From NCBI GenBank assembly GCA_041397705.1, contig JAWKWC010000007.1:10351-74350 (forward strand): DNA of 64,000 bases, given 5' to 3'. Source of the DNA: Hyphomicrobiaceae bacterium (GTDB taxonomy: Bacteria > Pseudomonadota > Alphaproteobacteria > Rhizobiales > Hyphomicrobiaceae). A program made the position numbers and the translations under genes. The notes below the pieces were generated by a model. That model saw only the letters and a program-made list of their open reading frames with translations, was not told where the DNA came from and did no database searches. Below are positions 40,297 to 50,466 of the stretch, piece by piece. Every line of letters begins with the position of its first letter. Position 1 is the stretch's first letter.

Positions 40297-40369
40297 TACA
40301 CCACCCTCGACCAAACGCGCAGACGAACCGATGCGGGCCAGTGACAGTTCACGGTCCCGCATGACACGA

Positions 40370-40999
40370 TCAGCCGAAATAGCGACGCAGAGCCGTCGGC
40401 TGTTGGATATCCAGGAAGCGAACGGCAATGCCGGTGGCGTGGTGACGAACGACGCGACTGCGAAGCTTGCCGAGGATCACCTCGCTATCGATTGGCGGAC
40501 GCATGTCAGTGGCGATCGACGCCCCCGAAATCGAGACATCAAGCACCTGACATGGCAGCACCACATCGTCATCAAGCTTGAGGGTCGACATGGGATTGCG
40601 GGGCACCGTCCGCTCGTGGCGGCGCGCCTCAGTCGGATCGAGTTCGTGGCGATTGATGAGCCACGTAATTTGGGAGGCGAGCTTCTCACGCTTATGCAGC
40701 GTCGCATTCAGCTCGACGGCAAAGCCACCCGGCAACTGGCGAACGACGGTGCCTTCGAGGCCACCGAGGTAATCGAGATAGATGATGACGCGCTCGCCGT
40801 CTTCCACCTGAACAGGCGACATCAGTCCCACGCCGCCGACAGAGATATCCACCAGCTTGCAGGGATATTCCTGCTTGTTCTGGCGCATAAAGCGACCGAG
40901 AAGGGCGAGGGGTACGCGCCTGTGACGGCGGCGATCGGCTGAAATGCGCGCGACCAAAGGCGAGTTTGTCGTGAGATCTTGCTGCAACGCGATCGTCAT
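40370..40999 (-). CDS. Tandem PilZ domain protein (predicted c-di-GMP receptor)
   Basis: ORF 40370..41065 trimmed to ATG 40999. RRRHRRVPL...CKLVDISVGGVGL and RRHERTVP...CQVLDVSISGASI (two RxxxR / D-x-S-x-x-G pairs). Confidence 0.75.
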   Translation of the reverse strand: MTIALQQDLTTNSPLVARISADRRRHRRVPLALLGRFMRQNKQEYPCKLVDISVGGVGLMSPVQVEDGERVIIYLDYLGGLEGTVVRQLPGGFAVELNATLHKREKLASQITWLINRHELDPTEARRHERTVPRNPMSTLKLDDDVVLPCQVLDVSISGASIATDMRPPIDSEVILGKLRSRVVRHHATGIAVRFLDIQQPTALRRYFG

Positions 41000-41240
41000 T
41001 GAGTACCTACAAGCAAGGGCGGCAAACAAACTGGGAACGTCTTCGCCGAGCCGTTGCGGCACCACGAAAGCTCCCGCGAGGATGCAAGCCGACTATGCCT
41101 TAGGGCTTCTTAATGGAGTTCTAAGCCACCGTTCGTTTTTGAACCTTAGCCGCCACAAATCTGCACGCTGGGGTCGAACTTCAATTCGTCAGACTTGCCC
41201 GTAGTTGTCTTTTCTCGCCGCTTTACCGCACCGCGCAGGC

Positions 41241-41858
41241 TTATTCCTTTCGCCCACCGTCCAAGATGCGGAACTGGCGGCGATCGAAACGCACCACCCG
41301 AGCCTGGGCGAAGGCCGGTGAAAATGCCAATTGTTGGCGGCTGTGTGCGACGACCGCGTGGGGCCTGCCGTCCGGCCAGATGACCTCGTGGGTGAGGATG
41401 CTTGCTGGAGAGAGGGGATCCACGCCCAGCCACGCCGGAGGCTCGATAGCGCTCATTGCACCGACATAGCGGGTTATCTGGTCATCCGGGTGGACCAAAG
41501 GAAGGATTACCGTTTCAAAGCGGGCGCGCCGCCGGTCCTTGGTCGTGGCCTCGAACTCGAAAAGCCCAACTCCGCCATCGCGGGTGATCTTCTCGAGCAT
41601 GGCTTCCAGGATGTCGCGATCGGGGCCGGCGAGCCACGTTGCATCGCGACCTCTGAGCTCCGTCCCCAATTGCTCGCAGATGCGTGTTCCGGCCAACCGG
41701 AACGTGTGGGCACCGTCGGACGTACGCTCAAGAATGAACGTTTCTGAGAGGACGCGCGAAATTCGCGACGGCTCGATCTCGAAGCGTGTCGGCGCCAGCC
41801 GCTCACCCCTGACATCGTTCCAATAGTTGTAGAGAAGGCGGATTGTCGGCTGCTTCAT
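41241..41858 (-). CDS. PAS-like DUF1457 family protein
   Basis: ORF 41241..41969 trimmed to ATG 41858. LLYNYWNDVRGERLAPTRFEIEPSRISRVLSETFILE...FRLAGTRICEQLG...ILPL, the alphaproteobacterial DUF1457 pattern as I recall it. Confidence 0.6.
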   Translation of the reverse strand: MKQPTIRLLYNYWNDVRGERLAPTRFEIEPSRISRVLSETFILERTSDGAHTFRLAGTRICEQLGTELRGRDATWLAGPDRDILEAMLEKITRDGGVGLFEFEATTKDRRRARFETVILPLVHPDDQITRYVGAMSAIEPPAWLGVDPLSPASILTHEVIWPDGRPHAVVAHSRQQLAFSPAFAQARVVRFDRRQFRILDGGRKE

Positions 41859-42107
41859 GCGTTTACCCAACCGGGCGTCGGGCCCGGACTCCACGTCTAT
41901 GCACGCAGTCGCCCACCAACCGGCATCAGGGGTGTTACGGTTCGGCACACCGCCTGATACTTCCGGCAACGACTTGGCAAGGATTGAGCACCTTCCGTGC
42001 CAGACCGCCGGTTTTCGCGTTTACGGGTTGCCGGCGCACGTCGACAGAGTTAAGCCCAGCGCTCACATAATGCGCTCGCGCTAGCGGGCCCCGAGGAGGC
42101 TTGGCCT

Positions 42108-42830
42108 TTGAAATCTCGTGAGCCGATGATCAACGCGCCGGCGGTTGTCGTGTGGACTCTCGGCCTCATCGTCGTGGTGCATTTGGCACTGACCCTGTTG
42201 AGCGAGCAGCAGCGCATCGAGGTCTTAACTATGGCCGCGGTCCTGCCCCAGCGCTATGGACCGGGTCTGCTGCACATGGACAATGGCCTACTGGCCATTT
42301 CCTCGCTGCTGACACATCAGCTGGTGCACTGGGACTGGATGCACCTGATCATGAACTCAGCCTGGCTCCTGGCCTTTGGCAGCGCTGTTGCCGCGCGGAT
42401 CGGAACCTGGCGATTTTTGGTGTTTGGGGGGCTGTCGGGCGTGGCCGGCGCGTTAGCCTTCATTCCCTTCCACCTGCACGACCAAACCGTAATGGTCGGT
42501 GCCTCGGGCGCACTCTCCGGCTACATGGGCGGCGCCTTTCGATTCCTGTTCTCGGCCTTCGACCAAGGTGGACCTGCCGCATTCCGGGATGAGCCGGAGG
42601 CCATACAGCGCATGTCGCTCAGGGCATTGATGGCGGACCGCCGTGCGGTCATCGCGATTGGCATCTGGGTCGTTGTCAATCTCCTGACCGCCGTTGCAGC
42701 ACCCTTGTTCACGACGGCGAGCGGGATTGCATGGGAAGCACATCTTGGCGGCTTCGCATTCGGCTTATTGACATTCGGGCTGTTCGACCGGCAACCGTCG
42801 GCGCCTGCATCCGACACGCTCGCGGTTTAG
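42108..42830 (+). CDS. Rhomboid family intramembrane serine protease
   Basis: 240-aa ORF (alternative start ATG 42126). HWDWMHLIMNSAWLLAFG and GASGALSGYMGG (Ser) plus AHLGGFAFG (His). Confidence 0.8.
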   Translation: MKSREPMINAPAVVVWTLGLIVVVHLALTLLSEQQRIEVLTMAAVLPQRYGPGLLHMDNGLLAISSLLTHQLVHWDWMHLIMNSAWLLAFGSAVAARIGTWRFLVFGGLSGVAGALAFIPFHLHDQTVMVGASGALSGYMGGAFRFLFSAFDQGGPAAFRDEPEAIQRMSLRALMADRRAVIAIGIWVVVNLLTAVAAPLFTTASGIAWEAHLGGFAFGLLTFGLFDRQPSAPASDTLAV

Positions 42831-43127
42831 GCGGCGGCCAGCGCTGTGAGCTGCGGGTCGCGCGCCAAAGGCCAGAGACGGCCGCTGGCCTCGTAACCGC
42901 CTTGCCATTTTTATTGCGACAGAATGTCGCCTTTGTTAACCTCATCATATCCGACGTCACATCGGATCGAATAAGCCCGCAACACGTCCGAGGACGTTGC
43001 AATGGTCAGGGCGGGCCATCGGTATTTGTCTCAGTCAGAGGCCAATAGAGGCCGTTTTTGACTGCCGGCACCGGGTTGATGGGCACGACCCCGACCAATC
43101 GGCGTTCGAGGGCTGAAGGAGACGGAC

Positions 43128-43559
43128 ATGCACGTCACATCCATCCTGAACGACAAGGGGCGTAAGGTCGAAACGGCAAGCACGACGGCGACGATCGGCG
43201 AAATCGTCGAAAAACTGGCCGCCCTGCAGATCGGCGCTGTTGTTATCATTCGCGACAGTGGCGAAGTCGCCGGCATCGTTTCGGAGCGCGACGTGGTGCA
43301 GGGGATCGCGCAATTTGGCGCCGAGGTGCTGCAATGGCCGGCATCAAAGGTCATGACTGAGGATGTCGTCACATGCAGCGAAGACGATACGGTCGATGAA
43401 CTGATGGCGCGCATGACGGAATATCGATTCCGCCATCTCCCGGTCATCAGCGGCGACAGGCTCAACGGCATTATTTCGATCGGCGATGTGGTGAAGCATA
43501 GAGTTGCCGAAATCGAGCTGGAGGCCAGTGCCATGCGAGATTACATCAAGACTGGTTGA
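43128..43559 (+). CDS. CBS domain pair protein
   Basis: 143-aa ORF, GGAGA RBS. Two CBS motifs (GIVSERDVV; FRHLPVISGDRLNGIISIGDVVK). Confidence 0.85.
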   Translation: MHVTSILNDKGRKVETASTTATIGEIVEKLAALQIGAVVIIRDSGEVAGIVSERDVVQGIAQFGAEVLQWPASKVMTEDVVTCSEDDTVDELMARMTEYRFRHLPVISGDRLNGIISIGDVVKHRVAEIELEASAMRDYIKTG

Positions 43560-43607
43560 GGCGGCACTTTCGCATTCACGTGCGATGCCCGACCGGATCG
43601 CACGGCA

Positions 43608-44546
43608 TCAGGCGTAGTCGGGCTCGACGATACGGTCGGCCCGACGCAAGTCGATCTCACGGCGTAGGTCCTGGATCTCGCGCATGGCTGCGACCATGCC
43701 ACGCTCGATGAGGCCATCGGCACGGTGGAAATCAAACATGCCAAAGCCCGACAAGCGCGGGCTGATCAAGGCATCCGGCGGGTCTCCGGCAAGGCGCGAA
43801 CGGGCGATGCGGTCCTGCACGATGTTGAACGCGTCGACCATGACGCTGGTAATTCCCGGGCCCTGGCCACCATCACCGAGAAGCTGGTTGCGAACCAATT
43901 TCCGCGCCGGCTTGGACACGAGCGCCTTCGGTGGATCAGCCGGCCGTTCAACCTGGCTCAGCTCCGGGTCCATGATCACCGTGCTACGCCCGCCAAGGTC
44001 GGCATTGAGGTTCACGCCGATGACGTAGCGCGCGCCGAGCGCGCGACAGACCGACACCGGCACCGGATTGACGAGTGCTCCATCGAACAGCCATCGCCCC
44101 CCGATGCGCATGGGTTTGAAGATTCCGGGTATGGCGTACGAGGCCTGCATGGCATCGACGAGAGCCCCCCGAGACAACCAAACTTCGTGGCCGGTTCTGA
44201 TCTGCGTCGTGACAGCCACGTAGCGTCGCGGAAGGTCTTCGATTGCCAAATCATTAAGATGCCGGTCCAGGCGCTCGACGAGCTTCTGCCCGCTGATCAA
44301 GGCCGATCCGGAGAGATTGAAATCCAGGAAGCCGAAGACTTTCCGCCGCGTCAGGTCGCGCGCGAAGCCTTCAAGCTCATCCAGGCGATCGGCTGCAAAG
44401 CAGCCGCCCACAACAGCGCCAATGGATGTGCCAACCACGATATCTGGGACGATTCCAGCTTGTACCAGCGCCCTGAGAACGCCGATGTGGGCCCAGCCGC
44501 GTGCCGCGCCGCCACCCAATGCTATGCCAATTTTGGTACCCAACAT
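43608..44546 (-). CDS. Patatin-like phospholipase (RssA/NTE family)
   Basis: 312-aa ORF. IALGGGAARGWAHIGVLRAL, GTSIGAVVG (GxSxG), DGALVNPVP (catalytic Asp). Confidence 0.85.
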   Translation of the reverse strand: MLGTKIGIALGGGAARGWAHIGVLRALVQAGIVPDIVVGTSIGAVVGGCFAADRLDELEGFARDLTRRKVFGFLDFNLSGSALISGQKLVERLDRHLNDLAIEDLPRRYVAVTTQIRTGHEVWLSRGALVDAMQASYAIPGIFKPMRIGGRWLFDGALVNPVPVSVCRALGARYVIGVNLNADLGGRSTVIMDPELSQVERPADPPKALVSKPARKLVRNQLLGDGGQGPGITSVMVDAFNIVQDRIARSRLAGDPPDALISPRLSGFGMFDFHRADGLIERGMVAAMREIQDLRREIDLRRADRIVEPDYA

Positions 44547-44775
44547 GGTCCGGACCCCACCCGCGCAGACCTGGCACTTGGCATGCCGATCGATGCTCGG
44601 GCTACTCTTACGGCTTGCGATAAGAGATGATGACCTCCAATGGTTAATTTGTGGCTATGGCCGGCGCCGCCTCCAGATGAAAGCGGGGCGGGCGGACAAG
44701 TGCAAGCTGTTCCTTGTTTCCGCCGTAATCGAAGCGCGTTTCGCGGCGTGGGCACGCGCGACATGGAGATAAAAA

Positions 44776-45732
44776 ATGGACAGGCGGGCAGGCACCTTGG
44801 CAGGCGGAAAGCCGCTGTCGTACACGCAGAACCTGGAGGATTATCACCTGTCGTTGGCGCTCGCAGGCCAAGACCGCGGCTTTTATATCGACGTGGGTGG
44901 GGGCCATCCGGTGGCCGACAACGTCAGCATGTGGTTCTACGAACGCGGCTGGCAGGGTGTGATCGTGGAGCCTCAACCCGGGCTCGCCGCGCTCTATCAG
45001 CACGTTCGGCCTCGTGACACCGTCTATGAGGGGCTGGTCGGAGAAACGGAAGGTACCGCCATCCTCCACACGTTTCCCCGCCTGCATGGCCTTTCTACGA
45101 CCGTTGCAGCCAATGCCCAGAATTCGCGGGTACATGGCGACATCCCGATTGAAGTTCGCCGCCCGATGACAACTCTTGCCGCCTTGTGTGCAGCAAACAA
45201 CGTCACCGCGATCGATTTTCTCAAGATTGACGTCGAGGGGGCGGAGCGCGCGGTTCTGGCAGGCAATGATTGGCGGCGTTACCGGCCGAAAGTTGTGGTT
45301 GCCGAGGCCATTGATCCTGCACAGAACAAGCCAGCCCACGAGGCATGGGAGCCGATCCTGCTGGAGGCCGGCTACCGCTTCCGGCTCGACGACACGCTGA
45401 ACCGCTTCTATGTCGCCAAGGAACACCCGGACATCTTCGAGCGGCTACCTGCCGAGCGTGGCGACTGGGGCGCTGTTACGCATATGTACGAAATCGGCCG
45501 GGCGCCGGAAAACGCGGCTCATCCCGAGCACGAGCTCGTCAATGCCCTGACGCGGGGCTTTTGGGCGAGCCTACCCGAGCTCGATCCTGCTCTCGTCGCG
45601 CGGCTATTGGCGCGCGGGCGGGGGGAAGCGGTGGATGACGCCCGGCGAACGCTCAGCGAGGCAGAGGCCGATGCATTTGCTGGCCGCCTCGGCCGCATTG
45701 CCTGTGGCTACGACGGCGGCCAGCTGGCTTGA
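44776..45732 (+). CDS. FkbM family methyltransferase
   Basis: 318-aa ORF. FYIDVGGGHPVADNVSMWFYERGWQGVIVEP, IDFLKIDVEGAERAVL. Confidence 0.75.
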   Translation: MDRRAGTLAGGKPLSYTQNLEDYHLSLALAGQDRGFYIDVGGGHPVADNVSMWFYERGWQGVIVEPQPGLAALYQHVRPRDTVYEGLVGETEGTAILHTFPRLHGLSTTVAANAQNSRVHGDIPIEVRRPMTTLAALCAANNVTAIDFLKIDVEGAERAVLAGNDWRRYRPKVVVAEAIDPAQNKPAHEAWEPILLEAGYRFRLDDTLNRFYVAKEHPDIFERLPAERGDWGAVTHMYEIGRAPENAAHPEHELVNALTRGFWASLPELDPALVARLLARGRGEAVDDARRTLSEAEADAFAGRLGRIACGYDGGQLA

Positions 45733-45823
45733 AGCAACGCGTGCGCTCATGGCGTGACGGCCCACCTGCCAGCACATGCAAAGGAGGTACTGGCAGGCAG
45801 GATCGACGCGACGAACGCGCGGT

Positions 45824-47938
45824 CTAGCGCAATCGCTCGGCCTTCAGCTCCGTCAGTTTGCCGCCCTTTTGGGCTGTGTCGCGCAAGAGAGCCGAGGGCT
45901 CCCAGCGTTTACCGTAACGTTGATGCCACGATGCGATTTGGTTGTAGATCTCACGCGCGCCAATGGTATCACCCCAGAACATCAGGCCGCCGCGATAGCG
46001 CGGGAAGCCGAAGCCATGGAGCCACATGACATCGAGATCCGAAGCGCGGATGGCCTTGCCCTCCTCGAGGATCTTGCAGAATTCGTTGATCGAACCGAAC
46101 AGGAGGCGATGCAAGATCTCCTCGTCGCTGAAAGATCGCTGCTCGATATTGTTCTCGGCCGCCACCTTCTTGATCAGCGCCTCGACCTCGGGGTCGACAT
46201 GGGGCGTGCGGTCGCCCGGTTCGTATCGGTACCAGCCCTTGCCGGCCTTCAATCCGACGCGACCGGCCTCGACCAACCCGTCCGGTATCGGCAACATGCG
46301 GTAATCGGGGTCGGCGGCTTTGCGGCGCTTGCGGGTATCGTAGGAAATGTCCAAGCCTGACATGTCGTTGACCTTGAACGGGCCAACGGGGTAGCCGAAC
46401 CCTTCCATCACCTTATCGATCTGATGGGGCAGAGCACCTTCCTCGACCATCAGGTTCTGCTCGAGAGTGAAAGGAATGCGGCTGCGGTTGGCGGCAAAGC
46501 CATCGCAATTGCCGGCATAGCCCGAGATCTTATTGATATCGCGACCCAGCTTCATGGCAGCAGCAAGCGTCTCGGGTGCCGTCTTGGAGGCATTCACGAC
46601 CTCGAACAGCTTCATGACGTTGGCCGGCACGAAATAGTGCGTGCCAGCGACTTTCTCTGGCCGCTTGGTGACGCTGGCGATCTCGTCAATGTTAAGGGCC
46701 GATGTATTGGTGAAGAGGAGGGATTCGGGCTTCATGACCCGGTCCAATTCCTTGAACACCTCCTTTTTGACATCCATGCGCTCGAACACAGCTTCGATCA
46801 CGGCATCGGCGTCGCCGATCTCGTCATAGGTGGCGACCGGCGTGATGAGTGCCATGCGCCTGTCCATATCCTCCTGGGACAGCGAGCCACGTTTGACGGA
46901 AGTGGCATAGTTGTCGCGGATGCGCTGCAGGCCTTTCTCGACCACTTCCATCGACGCGTCGACCAGCTTTACCGGCATGCCGGCGTCGGCAAAGCTCATG
47001 GCGATGCCGCCCCCCATCGTGCCTGCACCGACAACGGCCATTGTCTTGATATCCGGTGTCTTAAGGTCTTTCGGCAGGTTGGGGATACGGGCGATCTCTC
47101 GCTCGGAAAAGAACGCGTAGCGCAATGCCTTTGCTTCCGGCGTGTTCTCGAGTTCCGAGAACAGGCGCCGCTCTGTAGCGATACCTTCCTCGAACGGCTG
47201 CGTGCAGGCGGCCTCGACGGCCTGGATGCATTTTTCGGGGGCCGGCTGGCCACGCATGCGCCGGGCATATTGCTTGCGAGCGGCGTCGAAAATGCCCGGA
47301 TCGGATTTGGCCTCGGCCAACTTCTCGTTGCGATCGCGCACACGTGGCAGGGGCCGCTTCTCGGCGATGCCTTTGGCCCAGGCGATGGCTTCGGCACGAA
47401 GATCCTTGCCGGGAACGATGTCGTCGATGATGCCAAGCTTCTTGGCTTCGTCGGCGGGCACGTGGCGGCCAGAGACGATCATGTCGAGTGCCACCTTGGG
47501 ACCGACGATGCGCGGCAATCGCTGGGTGCCGCCACCGCCGGGAAGAATGCCGATCTGCACCTCGGGCAAGCCGACCTTGGCGCTCGGCACAGCAACGCGA
47601 TAGTGGCAGGCGAGCGCGTTCTCAAGGCCACCGCCCAGCGCATAGCCATGGATTGCGGCGACGACCGGCTTGGTGCCCTGGTCCAGTACATCGTAGGTGC
47701 GTTTCGTCGGGTTGGGACGGGCCTTGCCAAACTGACGAATATCGGCCCCCGCGATGAATGTTCGTCCGGCGCCGATCATGATCATCGCCTTCACGGCCGG
47801 GTCCGCCTCACCTTTTTCCAGAGCTGCGATAATGCCATCCGACACGCCAGGTCCGAGTGCATTGACGGGGGGATAATCAATGGTGATGACGCCGATACCG
47901 TCTTCGACATCGAAGCGGACGACGGGTTTGTCGGTCAT
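45824..47938 (-). CDS. Bifunctional enoyl-CoA hydratase / 3-hydroxyacyl-CoA dehydrogenase (FadB/FadJ-like)
   Basis: ORF 45824..48007 trimmed to ATG 47938. Crotonase N-domain (MIGAGRTFIAGADI, YALGGGLENALACHYR) and NAD domain (MAVVGAGTMGGGIA). Confidence 0.9.
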   Translation of the reverse strand: MTDKPVVRFDVEDGIGVITIDYPPVNALGPGVSDGIIAALEKGEADPAVKAMIMIGAGRTFIAGADIRQFGKARPNPTKRTYDVLDQGTKPVVAAIHGYALGGGLENALACHYRVAVPSAKVGLPEVQIGILPGGGGTQRLPRIVGPKVALDMIVSGRHVPADEAKKLGIIDDIVPGKDLRAEAIAWAKGIAEKRPLPRVRDRNEKLAEAKSDPGIFDAARKQYARRMRGQPAPEKCIQAVEAACTQPFEEGIATERRLFSELENTPEAKALRYAFFSEREIARIPNLPKDLKTPDIKTMAVVGAGTMGGGIAMSFADAGMPVKLVDASMEVVEKGLQRIRDNYATSVKRGSLSQEDMDRRMALITPVATYDEIGDADAVIEAVFERMDVKKEVFKELDRVMKPESLLFTNTSALNIDEIASVTKRPEKVAGTHYFVPANVMKLFEVVNASKTAPETLAAAMKLGRDINKISGYAGNCDGFAANRSRIPFTLEQNLMVEEGALPHQIDKVMEGFGYPVGPFKVNDMSGLDISYDTRKRRKAADPDYRMLPIPDGLVEAGRVGLKAGKGWYRYEPGDRTPHVDPEVEALIKKVAAENNIEQRSFSDEEILHRLLFGSINEFCKILEEGKAIRASDLDVMWLHGFGFPRYRGGLMFWGDTIGAREIYNQIASWHQRYGKRWEPSALLRDTAQKGGKLTELKAERLR

Positions 47939-48113
47939 GGAAGGCTCCTTCAGGGAAAAGATGGCTTGAGGCGGGTCCGTTCGCACGGAGGCGTGCGGCG
48001 GCGCCACGAATTCGATCGCGGTGATTGCAGCACGGATCGCGACTGGCCGAAAGGGCTTGTCGTGTTAACCTCGGGATTGGCACGTTGAGATCTCTACCGC
48101 CAGGGAGGAGCCA

Positions 48114-49420
48114 ATGACCACCGCAGCTGAAGGCAGAGAGTTGACCGAATGCGGTCCTGGCAAACCTATGGGCGAGCTGATGCGCCATTATTGGATTCCG
48201 GCGCTGAAATCGTCTGAACTTGTGGCAGACGGTGATCCCGTACGCCTCATGCTGCTCGGCGAGAAGATGATCGCGTTCCGTGACAGTGCGGGCCGGGTCG
48301 GGGTGATGGATCACAAGTGTCCACATCGTTGCGCCTCGCTGTTTCTCGGGCGAAACGAGGAAGGTGGACTGCGTTGCGTCTATCACGGATGGAAGTTCGA
48401 CGTCACAGGCCAGTGCGTCGACATGCCGAGTGCAGCGCCGCACCAGGACTTCAAGCATAAGGTCAGGGCAAGAGCGTTCCGGGCCAGGGAAAGGCCGGCA
48501 TCGTTTGGGTCTACATGGGCAAGGCGAGCGAGCCGCCGGACCTGCCCGGTTTTGAAATTCTCGATCAGCCCGAGGACGAGACTCTCGTCGCATTCGTGCA
48601 GCGCGACTGCAACTACCTGCAGGCGCTAGAGGGCGAAATCGACACGTCACATTTCGGCTTCCTGCACGCCGGCCACGTCAACGTCGACGATGTGCCTGAG
48701 GATGAGCCGTTGCGGAATACCATCATCAACCGCGCTCCTGAGTACGATGTCACGGAGACGGCGTGGGGCACGCAATATGGCGGCTACCGGACGGTTGGGC
48801 CGGGCGAGACCTACTGGCGTTTTGCCAACTTCCTCTTTCCATTCTGGACCCAGGCACCCAACGGCGAATTCAACACTCACATGCATGCCCGCGCCTGGGT
48901 CCCGCTCGACGACCACCACACCATGTTCGTCTTCATCTGGTGGAAAAAGGCCAAGGCCGCAAATTCTATGCCGACGCCAGTGCTGAAAAACGGTCAGCCC
49001 ATTGGCGGCGCCGGGCGCGGCAACGTCCTGCTGGCGAATACCACGGACTGGCTTGGGCGCTGGCGCATGACCGATAATCCCGGCAACGATTGGGGTATCG
49101 ACCGGGAAGCGCAACGCAGCAACCGCATCTACACGGGAATTGAAGGCATTCATCTCCAGGATCAAGCCATCACCGAAAGCATGGGGCCGATCACGGATTT
49201 TGAATTCGAGCATCTCGCTCCGTCGGATCAGATGATCACGCGCACGCGGCGACGGCTTTTGATGGCCGTGCGGGCGCTACGCGACAAAGGAACGATGCCA
49301 CCGGGCGCAGCCGACCCGAGCGTCTATCGCGGCGCCCGCAGCGGTTACCTGACGACGAAGGATCAGGGCTCACTGGATCAGGTCTACCGCAGTGGGTTGG
49401 AAGTGGCTGTGCGCGCGTAG
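48114..49420 (+). pseudogene. Rieske [2Fe-2S] non-haem iron oxygenase alpha subunit-like, frameshift near 48485-48500
   Basis: ORF 48114..48629 has CPHRCASLFLGRNEEGGLRCVYHGWKF (Rieske CxH...CxxH) and goes out of frame after KVRARAF. ORF 48515..49420 continues (GIVWVYMGKASEPP in frame upstream of its Met, then NYLQALEGEIDTSHFGFLH). Confidence 0.85.
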
Positions 49421-49447
49421 GCCGCTGCGGCTTGGCCTCACGCTCGT

Positions 49448-49909
49448 TCATGCTCGCTTGTCCCAGCCACCGCTTTCGGTTTGCTGCCAATAGGTCGCTG
49501 TGCAGCCTTGCCCGCGGGCCGTGGTCCACATTTCGCGTGCAGACTGCACGGCGGTGCGGTCGGCACCATCGAAGATCACGACGACACGTATATAGCCGGC
49601 AAATTGCTGCAAAGTGGCGCCATCGACCAGGAAGCGCACGCCGGCATCGTTGGGATTGTCCTCTTCCAGCGTTAAGAGAATGGGTTGCAGTGCAGGCGGG
49701 CCGTCCTTCACGGTTCCGTGCGGGAGGAAGCTTTCGTCACGATACGTCCAAAGATGACTATCGAGAGCAGCCAATCGCTCCGGGCTGCCAGCTTGCACAA
49801 TGGCGCGCCAACCGCGATCAAGGGTGCGCTCAAGCAGCCCCGGCAGCACCCGCTCCAAGGGATGGCGTTCGAGATGATAGAAGAGGACTTCCGTTACGGG
49901 ATCAGCCAT
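49448..49909 (-). CDS. holC: DNA polymerase III chi subunit
   Basis: 153-aa ORF. VLFYHLERHPLERVLPGLLERTLDRGWRAIVQAGSPERLAALDSHLWTYRDESFLPHG. Confidence 0.8.
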   Translation of the reverse strand: MADPVTEVLFYHLERHPLERVLPGLLERTLDRGWRAIVQAGSPERLAALDSHLWTYRDESFLPHGTVKDGPPALQPILLTLEEDNPNDAGVRFLVDGATLQQFAGYIRVVVIFDGADRTAVQSAREMWTTARGQGCTATYWQQTESGGWDKRA

Positions 49910-50003
49910 ACCTGCAGAGCCTCAATCCATACCCGTTTTCTGGCTTGCGCCTGCATGACCCGCCCACGCCTCGATGCGAGAGAGACGTCGCGGCTCAGAC
50001 GTT

Positions 50004-50462
50004 TCAGGCCTTGCGGTGCAATCCGACTCTGCGCAATGGGCGTGTTGCGATCCTCTGCGACAGTCGGATGAGATATGCGTCAGGGTCCTGCACCGCGAAT
50101 TGCCGGACACCGACCTCATCCTCGGCTCTGGCGTAGCAACTTTCTTCAAGTGGCAAGAATAGTTCAAGACCGGCACCGACGACAGCTGAATGAAGCTGGT
50201 CGACGTCATCGACGCGCACCTCGAGATTGAGACCCCGGCCTTAAGGCTGTTTCAATTCCTCAAGTGGCCACAGGCGGTCGCGCGACAGTGGCTGCTCCAG
50301 CATCAGCTCGGCGCGCTGGCGTCGCAAGTGTGCAAACCGTTCCTCTGGTCGTGCGTACCGAACCTCGAAGCGGAGCAATTCGCAGCAGAAGCGCGGGCTC
50401 GCACCGAGTTCACTGACGATCAATTCGGGCACGAGACCGACAGGTGGCGCGCCCGGGGCCAT
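50004..50462 (-). pseudogene. VOC (glyoxalase/bleomycin-resistance) family gene interrupted by an in-frame TAA
   Basis: ORFs 50241..50558 (from ATG 50462: MAPGAPPVGLVPELIVSELGASPRFCCELLRFEV...LEELKQP) and 50004..50219 are in the same frame. The only obstacle is TAA at 50243..50241. Read-through gives ...KQP*GRGLNLEVRVDDVDQLH...QDPDAYLIRLSQ. Confidence 0.65.
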
Positions 50463-50466
50463 GATC

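Noticed and set aside
46424-48088. 554-aa + strand ORF
   Set aside because: Entirely antisense to the FadB/FadJ-like gene, which has clear crotonase and NAD-binding motifs. No motifs of its own.
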